A DNA stretch of 62,574 nucleotides, counting the filler, from Diploschistes diacapsis (Eukaryota): assembly GCA_023645945.1 (NCBI GenBank). It is 7 parts of 7 records of this genome, joined end to end, with 100 filler letters (N's around TTAATTAATTAA, not from the genome) between each part and the next. Parts side by side here need not be neighbours in the genome. Positions count along the whole stretch, not along the records: positions 34,062 to 39,692 come from JALAIB010001510.1; positions 39,793 to 45,421 come from JALAIB010001511.1; positions 45,522 to 51,145 come from JALAIB010001512.1; 4 more parts are not named here. One strand, written 5' to 3'. Positions within the stretch are counted from its first letter, which is position 1. The number at the start of each line of letters is the position of its first letter. Position numbers and translations under genes: made by a program. Below the pieces are notes generated by a model. It was not told where the DNA came from. It saw nothing but the letters and a program-made list of their open reading frames with translations, and searched no databases. Shown piece after piece: positions 37,001-48,961 of the stretch.

Positions 37001-38077
37001 TCCGATTATGAGCGGCAGTTCGCCAGGAACCGTGTAGGCGCCTCCGAAGGGGAGCTGGCCACAGAGCATGATATAGAGGACGATTCCGCAGGACCAGACG
37101 TCCGCTTGGGCACCGCGGTACTTTTGGCCCAAAGCGATTTCTGGAGGGGCATAGTGCGGACTGCCGCACGGTGTCTGCAGCCATTCGTTGTGCTCCCGAG
37201 ATGCCATGCCGAAGTCAACAAGCTTGACGTTTCCGATCGAATCAAGAAGAATATTTTCGGGCTTGATGTCGCGATGACAGACCTTGAACTCGTGACAATA
37301 ACCGACTGCACTGATTATCTGGCGGAAGATTCGCACGGCTTCGATTTCTTCGAGCTGTCTGTTCTGAACGATGTAGTGGAACAGCTCGCCACCTTCGACG
37401 TACTCCAGAACCAAGTAGCTGCAGAGGGTTAGAGTGGGCGTGAAAAATAACCAGGAGCTTGCTTACAGCTCCCCACGGTTCTCCCATAAATCATATAGTT
37501 TGATTATGTTGGGATGCTCGATGAGTTTCATAACGACGACTTCCCTCTCGATCCCAAACGGCAATGCCCTCCTGTCAGAATGCAGCGGCTTAGCAGCCAG
37601 TCTCTGATCCATCTGAAAAACGCTCTGACTTCTCTGGTCGATGGCATTTTTCTTGCTCACCACCTTGACAGCGGCCAGTTGACCGGTGACGGCGTGTTTT
37701 GCCTTTCTCACCCTGCCGGTTGCGCCCGTGCCCAAGGTAGACCCCAGAAGCCATGGCCCGATGTGCCTCTTGCGCTGCCTCCCTCCCGATGCGTTAGTCG
37801 ACGTTGAAGAACCCTGGGAGTCCCGTTTCGAATCGCGCTGACTTTCGTTCGTTAGGGCCGATACACGCTTGTTCTCGGGTGTGTCGGGCCCGATAGCGGT
37901 TTGTAGCAGTCCGCCTGCCTTCAGAGACTGGTGATGGTGCTGCACTAATGGTGACGAAGGGGATTTGCGAGTAGCTTGCTGCCTAGGAGGCGTGGACACT
38001 CCATTATTGACCCGGCTAGTAACGTCGGCGAGAGGCTCTCGCTGCGGCTCGTGCCGATTGTTGTGTTTTGATGGCAT
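34062..38077 (-). CDS. Gin4/Hsl1/Kcc4 (Nim1-like) Ser/Thr protein kinase, 3'-truncated by contig end
   Basis: Exons 38077-37467, 37418-36669, 36597-34577, 34512-34062. Motifs IGPWLLGSTLGTGATGRVR, LPFGIEREVVVMKLIEHPN, HRDIKPEN, DFGMA, CGSPHYAPPE. C-terminal KA1-like NFFSRLLGVKP..LRDWRRYGMRDI. Confidence 0.92.
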
Positions 38078-39692
38078 GATATTGGCAGCTCACCAGCGAA
38101 GGGGCTCCTGCCAAGACTGCGGGTTGACCAGAGGATTGCCTCTTGTATTAGGGTTGAGCATGAATTTGTCCCAGTAGACCACAAGGTGCAGGGGAAGCTA
38201 GTTTACCCAAGGGAACGATTGAACATTGAGCCTAGCGGTCCCATGCTACTGTGAGCCCGTCCCAAAGACATCAACAATATTCTCAAAGTCAGATGATGGC
38301 CACTTTGTTTATTGACTTACCGAGGGGTTGCGCACGACGGCACGACAGTTCAAAGGTTTGGACTGTGTTAACGTAGTCTCAGAGCTGCAAAGCAGCACCA
38401 CCCCTTCTGCCGCCTAGCATCTAACAGCAACACCCCTAAATCGATACATGCCTTCAACTCGGATGATTATGAAGGAGATTTACAAGCACTTCGGCGCCCT
38501 AGACGGCAACCCTCAAAGCAAAACGAATGAAAAACGAGCTGGGTTGCAAGCTAGATGCTTTGGTATGCAAGCGATGGAAAGCTTGTTTACCAGCAAATCA
38601 TCAAGGAATGCGCAAGCAAGGATGGTCACGATGTTCAGCACAACATGATTTTTCCGGACTGTGTCTTTGCTTTTTCTCCCCCTTTACAGAACAAAACACT
38701 ATTCCTCCGCAAATCGGGATAGATATAAACCACCACTTACACCAGCACTCGTCTCGCGTCCAGAGAGATCTTTCAAAGTTCTGCCTACGCAGGATATTGA
38801 TTGGAGGGATATGTCATCCTCATGCAAAACGCCGTTAAGGGAAGCCCTTGTATCATCAACGTTGTCGAAAGCTCCCTATTTGCAGTCTTGATTTAATAGA
38901 CGGCCGCTTGTCGTGGACCGAAGACGATATCTCTTTCTCCATGCACAAAATCCAGTGCGGAGAACTCGACATCGTCGACACTCCAAACGGGCCCCTTCTT
39001 CCAGTCATAAGTGGATGGAGCTCTCCACGTAGCTTTAATAAAGGTCACATTCAAACCAGCTAGACTGACTATCAGTCGGTGTCTGATCCCTCGCGAAGTT
39101 CAGAGTCACGTGATTGCAGATTTGGAGTTATGTGATATTGCAAAGCGCGAGTTTAGTACCGCTGGCCACATAGCCAAAAGACCGACAATACTGATTTGTG
39201 CCAGTATTGAACTAAACTGATATATATAGCGAAACCACAGTTATAATTCAGTGAAGACATCCCATATCTCGATTCAAAGATTCAATCCAACCTCTTAGTC
39301 AGCGGCTTCTCAACCCCGGCCCCTTGCACGACCCCCCCACGGTCCGCATCTCCCCGATGCACGAACACGCACACACACACACAACCACCCAACAGCCCCT
39401 CGAGCCAACCACGACCATGAGTTCATAACACACCCCCGATCCCGAAGCAGTAACCTTCCCCCGAAAGCCCCAAAGAAACTCCCAGAGCCGAATCGAGTTC
39501 CAGAGCCCAGAGTCCAGACCTCAGCCTTCCCCTCACCTCACTAGATCAGCCCCCTCCTAGCTTCCTTTTTCCCGGTCCGTGACCCAAAAAAAAATTGGGC
39601 TGCCACGTGTGCGTGCGTGCGTGCGTTTGGAGATCTAGGTGGGGTGGGGGGAGCGCCCATTTGGGAGCTTTCAGCCCTTTACGGTATTGGGG

Positions 39693-39792
39693 NNNNNNNN
39701 NNNNNNNNNNNNNNNNNNNNNNNNNNNNNNNNNNNNTTAATTAATTAANNNNNNNNNNNNNNNNNNNNNNNNNNNNNNNNNNNNNNNNNNNN
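39693..39792. other. Artificial contig-joining spacer
   Basis: N44-TTAATTAATTAA-N44. Confidence 0.98.
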
Positions 39793-41026
39793 CCCCCAAC
39801 ATCCGCGCCGGATTCGCCGTCACCGCCCGCACCGCCACCGCCAGCCCCACGCCCGTCCAGCGCACAAGGTTGTTCAAGCACGTCGCCAGGTCCACCGCGC
39901 TGCCGGCGATCCCGCCCGTCCGCCGCAGCACGACGGCGTGGCCGCGCTTCTCGAACACCTCGCCGTTGGTCCAGGGGTAGGTGCCGTCGGCCAGGCCGAG
40001 CACCGACATGGCGTCTGTGACGAGGATGCAGCCCGTTGGATGCGCGGCGTGCGCGAGGGCCAGCATGGACGGGTGCACGTGGATGCCGTCGGCTATTATG
40101 CCGAAGTAGGGGCGGTTGTTGGCCGTGCTGCCTGCGCTGGGCGGAAGAGGTGGCGGTGGAGAAGATGGGGATGAGGAGGACGAGGAGGAGGAGGGGGAGG
40201 GGGAGGCAGAGGCAGAGGCAGGGGCAGAGGCAGAGGAAGAGGCACCGAGTAGCCCGACGATGCCCGGGTCGCGGTGGTGCGGCTGCGGCATGGCGTTGTA
40301 GAGGTGCGTGATCATTGTGGAGCCCTGGGCCAGGCTGTCGAGGGCCTGGTCGTGCGTGGCGGCCGAGTGGCCGATTGAGTGGATGATGCCCCGTTCACGC
40401 AGGGCCGGAACGACGGTGCGCGAGGCGTCGAGCTCGGGGGCGAGGGTGATGAGTTTTATGGTGGCTGGGTCGAGGTTGCGGGCGCCGTAGCAGGCTTCGA
40501 GGTCAGCGAAGGAGGTTGGACTTCGCAGGCATTCCGGCGCGTGGATCCCGCATTTCGAGGGCGATATAAAGGGGCCCTCGCAGTGGGCGCCGAGGGATTC
40601 GGCGCCCGCGTAGGGGTCCCGGGCGGGGGCGTCGGCGCGGAGGTGGGGTAGGGTGGAACGGTAGACGGGTTGGTGCTGGGAGGTGAGGGTTGGGAGAAAG
40701 GAGGTGACACCCGTTTTGAGGAGGGCCTTTTTCACGCGGCCGAGGTCCGAGGCGTAGGTGGGCGAGGGCGCGCTGAAATCGAGACCGAAGCAGCCGTTGA
40801 TCTGGACATCGATGAAGCCGGGGGTCACTATGCGGTCCTGGAGGTCGACGGTGTGGATTGGTGAGGTGTGGTGATCGTAAAAAGCCGTTTGCGGATCGAT
40901 GATAGTGCCGGTTATGGAGTCGAGGTAGAGGTCTTGTCGGACTAGGGTGGGGGCATGGGGGAGAGCAAGGCGGCAGTTAGTAAGCCGGGTGATTTGCGAG
41001 GAGGCGGAGTGAGAGCTTGTAGCCAT
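39793..41026 (-). CDS. DAC1: N-acetylglucosamine-6-phosphate deacetylase, 3'-truncated
   Basis: ATG 41026. NagA/AMDHD2 motifs PGFIDVQING, GVTSFLPT, GAHCEGPF, ITLAPE, SIGHS, THLYNAM, IIADGIHVHP, LVTDAM, IAGS, ANPARMLG. Confidence 0.96.
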
Positions 41027-41339
41027 TGCGTGCGTTATACCTTTGTCGCGCACTTGATAGCATACAATCAATACAATTTTGTCAGAGAGCCCATCGAGCA
41101 AAAACAGACTACGACTTGAAGCTTAGCAACCCCGCGGTTAGGGTCGGGGGGCTGGTTCATGGAGATCGATACGGATTCTCACGCGTGCTGCAATTGAAAT
41201 CCCAGTCTGGTGAAATTCCAATTTCATCCACACTCGGTAACGCAGAGCTGAAGCCGTTGTATCTGGGCCACGCAAAAGACTCTGGATTGCTGAACGCACG
41301 TAGACTTAGCATTGTCGCTTTTGTTTCATCGCTAACAAG

Positions 41340-42992
41340 ATGGGTACATCAAAAGAATCATTTCTCCAGGCTACACTGTCATCTTTGAAAGCTCTGCCAG
41401 CAGGTTCAACAGAGGCTCTCCATGACGCATCGACGTCTCTTCTAGATGGCTTTAAAGAGGCTATTAAGTCGTCATCGCAGTCGATGCTACCATCCTACCT
41501 TACCTCTCTTCCAAGCCCTAATATGTCTGGCACTGCAATTGCTTGTGATCTTGGTGGCTCCACATTCCGCGTTGCTGCCATTCGCTTACGCGCACATAAC
41601 GCTGCCCAAGGCGGCGATGCCGAAGACCTTGGCAAGCTTCGCAAGGTTCTAGTCAAGAACAGTTGGTCGGTAGGCGACGAAACGAAGCAGCTGAAGGCCA
41701 AAGAATTCTTCGACTGGATCGCGGAGAGGATCTATGAAACTGTCGGAGAGGCAGGTCTTGGATCTGGCGAAGGGAAGTCTGTGGGAGTTGCCTGGAGCTT
41801 TCCCGTCGTGTGAGCTGTCCCGCTGTGGTTTCTACCGGTGCTTTTCAAGGTATGAAATCAAATCTAACAAGTCTTACAGCCAGACTAGTCCGGCCAGCGG
41901 TAAGGTCAATCAAATGGGTAAGGGTTATGTCCAGTGGAAAGAAATTTCGGGAACGGACCTAAGGAGTCATTTTGAGGCCGGCTTCACTCGTAGAGTACGT
42001 CTCTGACTCAATGAAAATGTTCGCATCTCATGCTGCTTTTCCTAGGGCCTGCAGCTGCACATGAATGCCTTGATCAACGATACAGAAGGAACACTCTTGT
42101 CTCATGCTTTTGCCAATCCTGCAACTAGTATCTCCTTGATATTGGGAACTGGGTTGAATGCCGCGATCCAGCTTCCCCTATCGTCATTTTCGCAACACAA
42201 GGTGTCTGGTAGGCCAAAGCAGTGGACTAAAGCAGCAAAGACTGTTCTAGTCAATACCGAACTATCAATGTTCGGCGCTGGTGTATTTCCTATCACTGAA
42301 GCCGATAAAGAGCTGGATATAGCAAGTCCCCATCCGGGCTTTCAGCCATTGGAGCAGGTCACAAGCGGTAGGTATTTGGGTGAAATCTGTAGACTGCTCT
42401 TCGCACATGGCGTGAGAGAAGGAGCACTTTTTGATGGGGTCATGCCGGCGGGTATGAGGGTGCGATTCGGTTTCGATACGGGGAATATGGCGGTTCTGGA
42501 GACGTAAGTGCTGCGTCATTGTCAAAAGCAGAAGCTGACGCTCACTACAGGGGAACACTCGAGGCAGGAGTCTCCTTACTTTGGAAAGCCTTCCTGTTCC
42601 CCAGTCCGCCTTCTAAAGAGGACGTCAAGGTTGTACGTGCAATTTGCCGGGCCGTTTCAGAGCGTGCTGCGGTATATATAGCAGTCTCCATTTTTACACT
42701 TTGGCGATTGCAGCGCGACTCGATGCGCGCGGATCCTCAGACTGCCGAAGCTTTTCGGACTCGGCCTAGCCCTGTAGCGATAGCGTACTGTGGTGCGGTA
42801 ATGGAGAAGCATCCGACTATCCGGAAACGCTGCCAACAAGTGTTAGACGAGCTTGTTGCAAGCGAGTCAGGCGAACGTGGCAACGTTCGTCTGGTGCTCG
42901 AAGAAGCGGGTGACTCAGGGCTATTGGGCGCTGCCGTGGCTTCGGTCATGAATGAGGTCGATGCCGCAAAAATCATGAGGTCAAAGCTATAG
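41340..42992 (+). CDS. Hexokinase-family protein, probable N-acetylglucosamine kinase (Nag5/Hxk3 type)
   Basis: Exons 41340-41809, 41880-41994, 42046-42503, 42551-42992. Motifs SMLPSY, DLGGSTFRVA, WSFPVVQT, MGKG, LINDT, ILGTGLNAA, VNTELSMFG, PGFQPLEQVTSGRYLGEI, SGLLGAAVA. Divergent from DAC1. Confidence 0.9.
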
Positions 42993-44435
42993 ACCACTCG
43001 ATAATCAAGCCAGAGTCTAACAGTTTTGGAAGGCTTGAATGGTACGAGTGAGACTATTGGGAAGGTCTTCGTACGGGTCAAGGGTAATCCACGTAACCGT
43101 ATCGATTTCCTCTCGAGTGCAGGCAGGATGAAGAGGTGGCATGTGCGTAATATTTCCTGCCATCTTTCCCAATCCGACGAGCTTAAAATGATGTCGACAG
43201 TTGCAGGACTACCAGATCATGCTGATACTCTACGAAAAGGACAGATCGTCTCCAGGCAGCCAAGGTCCAGATCGAAATGGACACGACAATCCCCTATACG
43301 AATCCCTCCACTTCGCCAACGACCCACACAAAGGGACTTCGGGACGGGTCTTAGACCCTGAAGCATTGCAGGAGAGCACTAAAGAGCTGAGAAAAAATCC
43401 CCGCTATACAGATCTTGACGATCGGATGGCGCCGTTACTTCTTGGACTGAGAACATAGCTATAAACCACTGTTTCGGGCCATTGCGGTACAGTAATGCGT
43501 ACAGCCAAGCAGCCTAAAGTTGCCTCGTCTATAAATGCTCTCTAGGCAACCTGATCCATAGTTAACAAACCGAACTCTAGCCATAGGCTGTTTTGGGGCC
43601 ACGTCTCCTCCCTATAGCCTTGGGATGTCGTGGATTGTCCGAGCTATGGGACCCGATGAACAAGTGGCTACACAACCTAGTTTCCAATGCGGCTGGATAG
43701 TCAGAGAAGTTCCCGGGGTTGTCTCCACCACCTCTCGGCTGGTGCTCGCCGTCAATACGGGGAAGGGGAGGCTTCGTACCTGCGTTCAAGGTATTATAAC
43801 ATGTCAATAAGGAGTTATGGAGGCACATACCAATCATCCGATCATTACCCTAAAAAGGAATATTCTCCCCCTCTGATGAACGTAGTTCCCTTTGTCATAT
43901 CATACTCATGTAAGCACGAGTTTCGCTGGAGGGAGCCACATCCGACGGGGCGAGCATGAGAATGAAAACTGGTCCTATTGGGCACTCCGTATGAGCTATA
44001 GGCCGGTACGCTGCACTCATTTGGAGCGAAGAGCAGCGACCGGGTCATGAGGCGTCCGTGCTATACTCTTTTAAGGAAGTTCAATATTGTACAATATTCA
44101 AAGAACGGTGTTGATTGGCACAGACGATTCAGGCCTAGATGCAAGTTTGATAGAAGCCGTGAGAAATAAACGTGGGCGGTGCGTTTAAGCATCGTACAGT
44201 TAAGTCAATGGGTTGCTTCCAAGGGCAAGGCTATGAGAAGATACACGTAGCATTTTATCTAGTATGTAACAGGAAGCGTGGCTGACGGCGTTCACAAAAC
44301 CCCTAATGTAGGCAGCAGGATGGATATTGCCTTTCCACTTGTAGGCGCACCAGCAGCCTCACTGCTACTATCGACTCGATCACCTCGTGGACACACTGAC
44401 CCGCTGGCTCCGAAAGAGGCCCGAGAAAAAAGGCA

Positions 44436-44468
44436 ACTAACTAACTAACTAACTAACTAATTAACTAA
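44436..44468. repeat. (CTAA)n microsatellite
   Basis: About 8 units with one TTAA variant. Confidence 0.9.
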
Positions 44469-45421
44469 CGATGTGGACTCGCTTCACGATACAGGGTTAT
44501 CTACTACTAGTCCACGACTGCTACTGCCGCCCCAAGACGAAATGTTAGCTCACCCGCTCTGTTTAGCCGCATCAGTCCCTTCTTCCCCACGAAAACTAAC
44601 ATTTCATCCAGGCTGGCCGCTGTACTGTTTCGGACGGGCTGGTGTTTCGTGAAAAGGCGGAAGGAGTGTGTGATTGGCTCGCCTAGCTTTTGCTTTTGCT
44701 TTAGACCGAGGTAAAAAATTGTAAAAAATTGTAAAAAACCCCCCCCAATTGAGCTAAGACTGTTTGGGCGCTATGCAGATGGTTTCTACCCATTATAACA
44801 AATTATAACTGTATAAATAAACCCTCCCCCTAATCCTAATCCTACCAGATATTTCCCTTTTCTGAATTGGCGTCAAATATTATATTCCCCCAGACCACCA
44901 ACATGCTATTCTCAAGGCTGACCAAAAAGCCACCAAACCATGCCCTGGTGCCATCGATTGAATATCCCGATCCCCATACAACCTACAAGCCTTTCGGCGG
45001 CCTTTCCCCTTGAGTTGTGGCCCGCACGCAGTGAGAGGGAGTGCACAGTCACAGACTCACAGAGGTAAGTAAGATGATGGCGACTAATAATCTTATCTGC
45101 CCGTCTCGTCTTGTCATGCAAGGCTCTGCACACTCTGCACCAATTCAACCCAGACCGACACAAATTATAGAATAACATGGAACGTCTGATCAGTATCCTA
45201 ATCTCTCCTTGTATGTACGAAGCATAATTTCCACCCTGCTCCAATCGCTCCACTGAAACTCTTCCGCGCGGCATCTGCATCTCACAGTACCCTTTGGCCT
45301 CCCTTCAAGCTTTGATCCTCCTATTTCTGCGTTTGGGCGGCAGCCTGCTCAACTTCTGAGCCGAGACAGCGCCGAATACGCGCGCAGTCGACAGAGCACT
45401 GTTCGCTTGCCCTTGCAGGCG

Positions 45422-45521
45422 NNNNNNNNNNNNNNNNNNNNNNNNNNNNNNNNNNNNNNNNNNNNTTAATTAATTAANNNNNNNNNNNNNNNNNNNNNNN
45501 NNNNNNNNNNNNNNNNNNNNN
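45422..45521. other. Artificial contig-joining spacer
   Basis: N44-TTAATTAATTAA-N44. Confidence 0.98.
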
Positions 45522-46749
45522 GGGCCTTTTTTGGGAAATGAAGAGAGGAAGGGTTTAGGACAATGGGATGGGGCGTTGGATTGGACCGTGGTGGAGGAGT
45601 GATGAATTGCGAGGAAGGAGGAAGTGGTGGCTGATTGGAACTCTTGTTCCCTCTGCGAATATCTCGTTGTTAATGGGCGCTGATGTCTGCTTGCTTTGCA
45701 GCAACGAATTCCTCAACTCCAAGGTTGGCCGCGCCCAGTTCGGCGAAAATGCATAGATATCCTCACCTGGGTGTTTCGGTTCGAGAAGAGAGAAAGGGGG
45801 AGGTACATTGTTGATAGACGCTGAACAGCGAGGCAAGAGGCGTGTGAGCGAAGGAGCAAGTTGTAACCATAGACTTTCCAGTATCCGAGAAGCATCAAAT
45901 TGGAATTTTCGAGCCTTGAGTCCGTGGATCGCTATCCCGATACATGCAGTGAGGAATTCGACTACAGGCACAAATGCCTTGAATGCAATTGTATCAGAGT
46001 GCTGTGTGGTTTGTGCTGGCCTTCTCGTTAGTGACCCGTAGCAATGGACCTCGTTCTTAAGGTCACGACCAGTTCGGAATTCCTACAAGCCTACAGGGGG
46101 TTGAACTTGAACTCAATGTGTCTAGGAACTACGAGTCAGTTTTTTAGCGTCGTAGCAAACAACATCTGATCTTCACAACCCTGTTTGTAAATTCATAGAT
46201 TGTATTCTGATGGATTGGCAGTAGAAGCCAAAGCAGTAAGCTATATCAGAAAGTAGGCGTATGGAGGCTCGATGCCCTGACGACAGTGGCGCCAGTGATA
46301 CTGTAGATCAAGCCATCCGTCCAAGAAGGAGCCTCCATCTGAACCATGTCCTATCCCTGCCACGTAGAGCTACATGAGCCATCTCCAGCCTGAATAAAAA
46401 AGCAATGCAAACTGGCCTGACCAGCGCCGTCGCTGAAAAGCAATCGATAAGCAAAAGGTCAGCTAGAACGAGCGACTGTAAATTGCGTCGTCGAGACTAG
46501 TCGTGAGCAGGTAGCTGCCGAATCGATGTTGAATAACAAAATGCCACCCCGTACCATGCTATGCAATTTCCCTTCCGGTCCCTCGTATTTGCCATTTGAA
46601 GACTCATCCATCGTCTCTTACAGTCTCCTTGTTGATCAATGAAGGCTCCGCGCGTGTTCCTCCGTTTGTCGATCTCCACATTAGCTCAGAATTAGCTTGA
46701 TGCCATCCTGCTGTGCGCATTCCACGATATCGAGCGCCAGGGGTTCTCT

Positions 46750-47820
46750 TCAATCCTCCCAAATCGTCTCCAAGTCCAGATCGCCCCGCCTTTCTGCCCC
46801 ACAAACACTCCACCTCTTCCTCTTGTCCTGGCCGGAGCCAAGGTCTTTGAACATGCCGCGTCCTCTGGCGCCTTCAAAGCTGCCCCTACGGCTTCCCTCG
46901 CGCTCGATGGCAGCCTTGAGCTTAGCAATGGCATCCTTGTCCCTTTCTGCTTCCTCAATAGCTGCCTCTTCCGCATCTGGTGAGTCAGGAATTGTTTCAA
47001 GAGAGGAGATGGACGGAGAGCGCGAACGGAAAGAAGTAGGCGTGCTAGGCATGGAAGAGGTGGTGGAAAGCGACTGGGCGTAGTGCGAGGGTTTGGGGTA
47101 TGATTCGTTGTATTTGGGCGAAGAGAGCGGAGAGGCCGCCGAACGAAGGGCTGGAGTCGAAGAGCTCATCTTGAGCGTTGCACGAGACTTGAGGCTTTGC
47201 TGTAGGTTGAGTGGAGACGGAAGAAGGTGTTGTAGCGGCGATGCCTGTATCCTGCGTGTGCGAGGAAAGGTGCCACTTTGAGTGAAGGATAAACTGGGAG
47301 TTGGAGGGGTACTACCAGGCACGGGCTCGAAGGCTGGACTAGGACGAGGCTTGATGTCGAGCTCATCGTGTTCGGAGATGGTCTGATCGATGTCAAGCCC
47401 AGAAAAGGAGGATTCTTCAAGTGCATGACGAAGAGGTGAAACGCGTCGTCTGCTGGAGTAGAGGGGTGACGAGGGACGACCAAAGGGAGAAGAAGGGTAA
47501 GTAGGGTCGAAGCTGTCGGCAGCAGGAGAACTATGAGCTCGTGTCATGGCTGGCGCAGAGGTCGTAGATGCAGATGAACGAGAACGCAAGTGACGAGCAT
47601 ATGGCGAACTGTTTCTCTGACGTGGAGTGGGATCAATTGAGAGCTTAGCGAGACTCAGAGAAGATGAGCTTGGACTCGCTGGTTCAGTGACGGCTCGAGT
47701 AATTATAGGGCGCGCATCCTGGGTCGCCGCTGCGTTGATGTCGAGAGGAGGGAGACCGGGGGTAGAGGTTGGGGTGGGAAGCTCGGGAGAGGGACTGGTC
47801 TCCACGCTTTGTGTTGCCAT
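46750..47820 (-). CDS. Conserved fungal Ser/Pro-rich hypothetical protein
   Basis: ATG 47820 (MATQSVET). Conserved C-terminal blocks PSTPTSFRSRSPSISSLETIPDSPDAEEAA and KRKRWSVCGAERRGDLDLETIWED. Confidence 0.85.
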   Translation of the reverse strand: MATQSVETSPSPELPTPTSTPGLPPLDINAAATQDARPIITRAVTEPASPSSSSLSLAKLSIDPTPRQRNSSPYARHLRSRSSASTTSAPAMTRAHSSPAADSFDPTYPSSPFGRPSSPLYSSRRRVSPLRHALEESSFSGLDIDQTISEHDELDIKPRPSPAFEPVPGSTPPTPSLSFTQSGTFPRTRRIQASPLQHLLPSPLNLQQSLKSRATLKMSSSTPALRSAASPLSSPKYNESYPKPSHYAQSLSTTSSMPSTPTSFRSRSPSISSLETIPDSPDAEEAAIEEAERDKDAIAKLKAAIEREGSRRGSFEGARGRGMFKDLGSGQDKRKRWSVCGAERRGDLDLETIWED

Positions 47821-48274
47821 TGTTGTGAGTAGCAATGGATAGCACACAAGCCTCGAAGGGGCTTTAGTAATAAGACTAGAGCTGAGAGAAGCAACAGCTT
47901 TGCATTCTCCCAATCACTTCACAAAGACAAAGCAGACTATTTGAGTTGTGTATTATAAGCAAGGTTGACTTGAGGAGGGCTTGGGGAAGCAGTTGACTTT
48001 GAAGCGAGCGCGGAGGGCCTAGGTCCCTAGGTCAAAAGTGGAACGGCGGGTAGCATCAACGCATGATGATTATTGCCTGGAACACCTTCAATCATTCCAT
48101 GCATCTACGTTATAAACCAAGGCTTTTCCCATCCAACATACACAGGCAACCTATTACTCACTAATCTTTGGAATATGCATCAACTGTTCTACATGACGAG
48201 TTGAGGCTCTTAGACAGTCTCCCCACATCACAAGCACGAATTGAGGTTCCAGACCCCGTAGCTAGAGTTCTAAG

Positions 48275-48961
48275 GCCCATTCGGGTTAGCGGATGCTGAC
48301 TCAACCGTCAGCTGCTATAGAGTTCTAAAGATGGAAGGTAATCTTCGCTTACGAAATTGAAAATCACTTTTTTACACCATTTTACGCTAATTTAGCCCAT
48401 TTTACACGTTATAAACATCTTCTGCTGAAAAACTATCTTACACTAGTAGTAACTTATCGCTGACACATAAGCATCTTTCGAAGCATTTTTTCGAAACAAG
48501 CACCTCTTCGAGGCTTTTTGAATCAGCACATTCGGCATCGCATTTAGACCTTTCGACTATAATCCAGGTCTAAACCACCTACGCCAGCACCTCCAGCACC
48601 TCAGCACTCCCAGCACTCCCAGCACTCCCAGCACTCCCCAAGCCTGCTACCGACGCTGCCGCTACCGCTGCCATCACTTTCATCTACGATTTAGTAAGGA
48701 TTTTAGATTAAACCTCGAGTCGCATCCGATCGACGCGAAAATTCAAGGTTTCCACATACAATATCTTTAATATTCTGTGTATATAACAGATAAATAGCAA
48801 AGGATCTTCTTTACACTGAAAATTTTAAGTTTCATAATCGTATTTATAGGCTTTTTACGGACCCGCAACAATAGTGTTTTGATAATAAACAACTGACACG
48901 AATCCTAATCGCTAAAATAGCTGGATAGTATGGCTGTCAGCCGCTGACCCAAAGGGGCTAG
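48275..48961. mobile_element. Candidate non-autonomous DNA element relic (Helitron/Helentron-like or MITE)
   Basis: Imperfect inverted repeats 48275-48292/48941-48958 (15/18), terminal hairpins, central 9-bp tandem repeat, AT-rich interior, no ORF. Confidence 0.45.
48584..48638. repeat. Minisatellite, ~6 x CCAGCAC(C/T)(T/C)
   Basis: ccagcacct ccagcacct cagcactc ccagcactc ccagcactc ccagcactc. Confidence 0.9.

Noticed and set aside
44817..44843. Telomere-like CCCTAA/CCTAAT repeats
   Set aside because: Only one exact unit, internal to the contig.
45555..45971. 138-aa ORF at start of contig 5
   Set aside because: Non-ATG start, no family motif and no consistent splice model.
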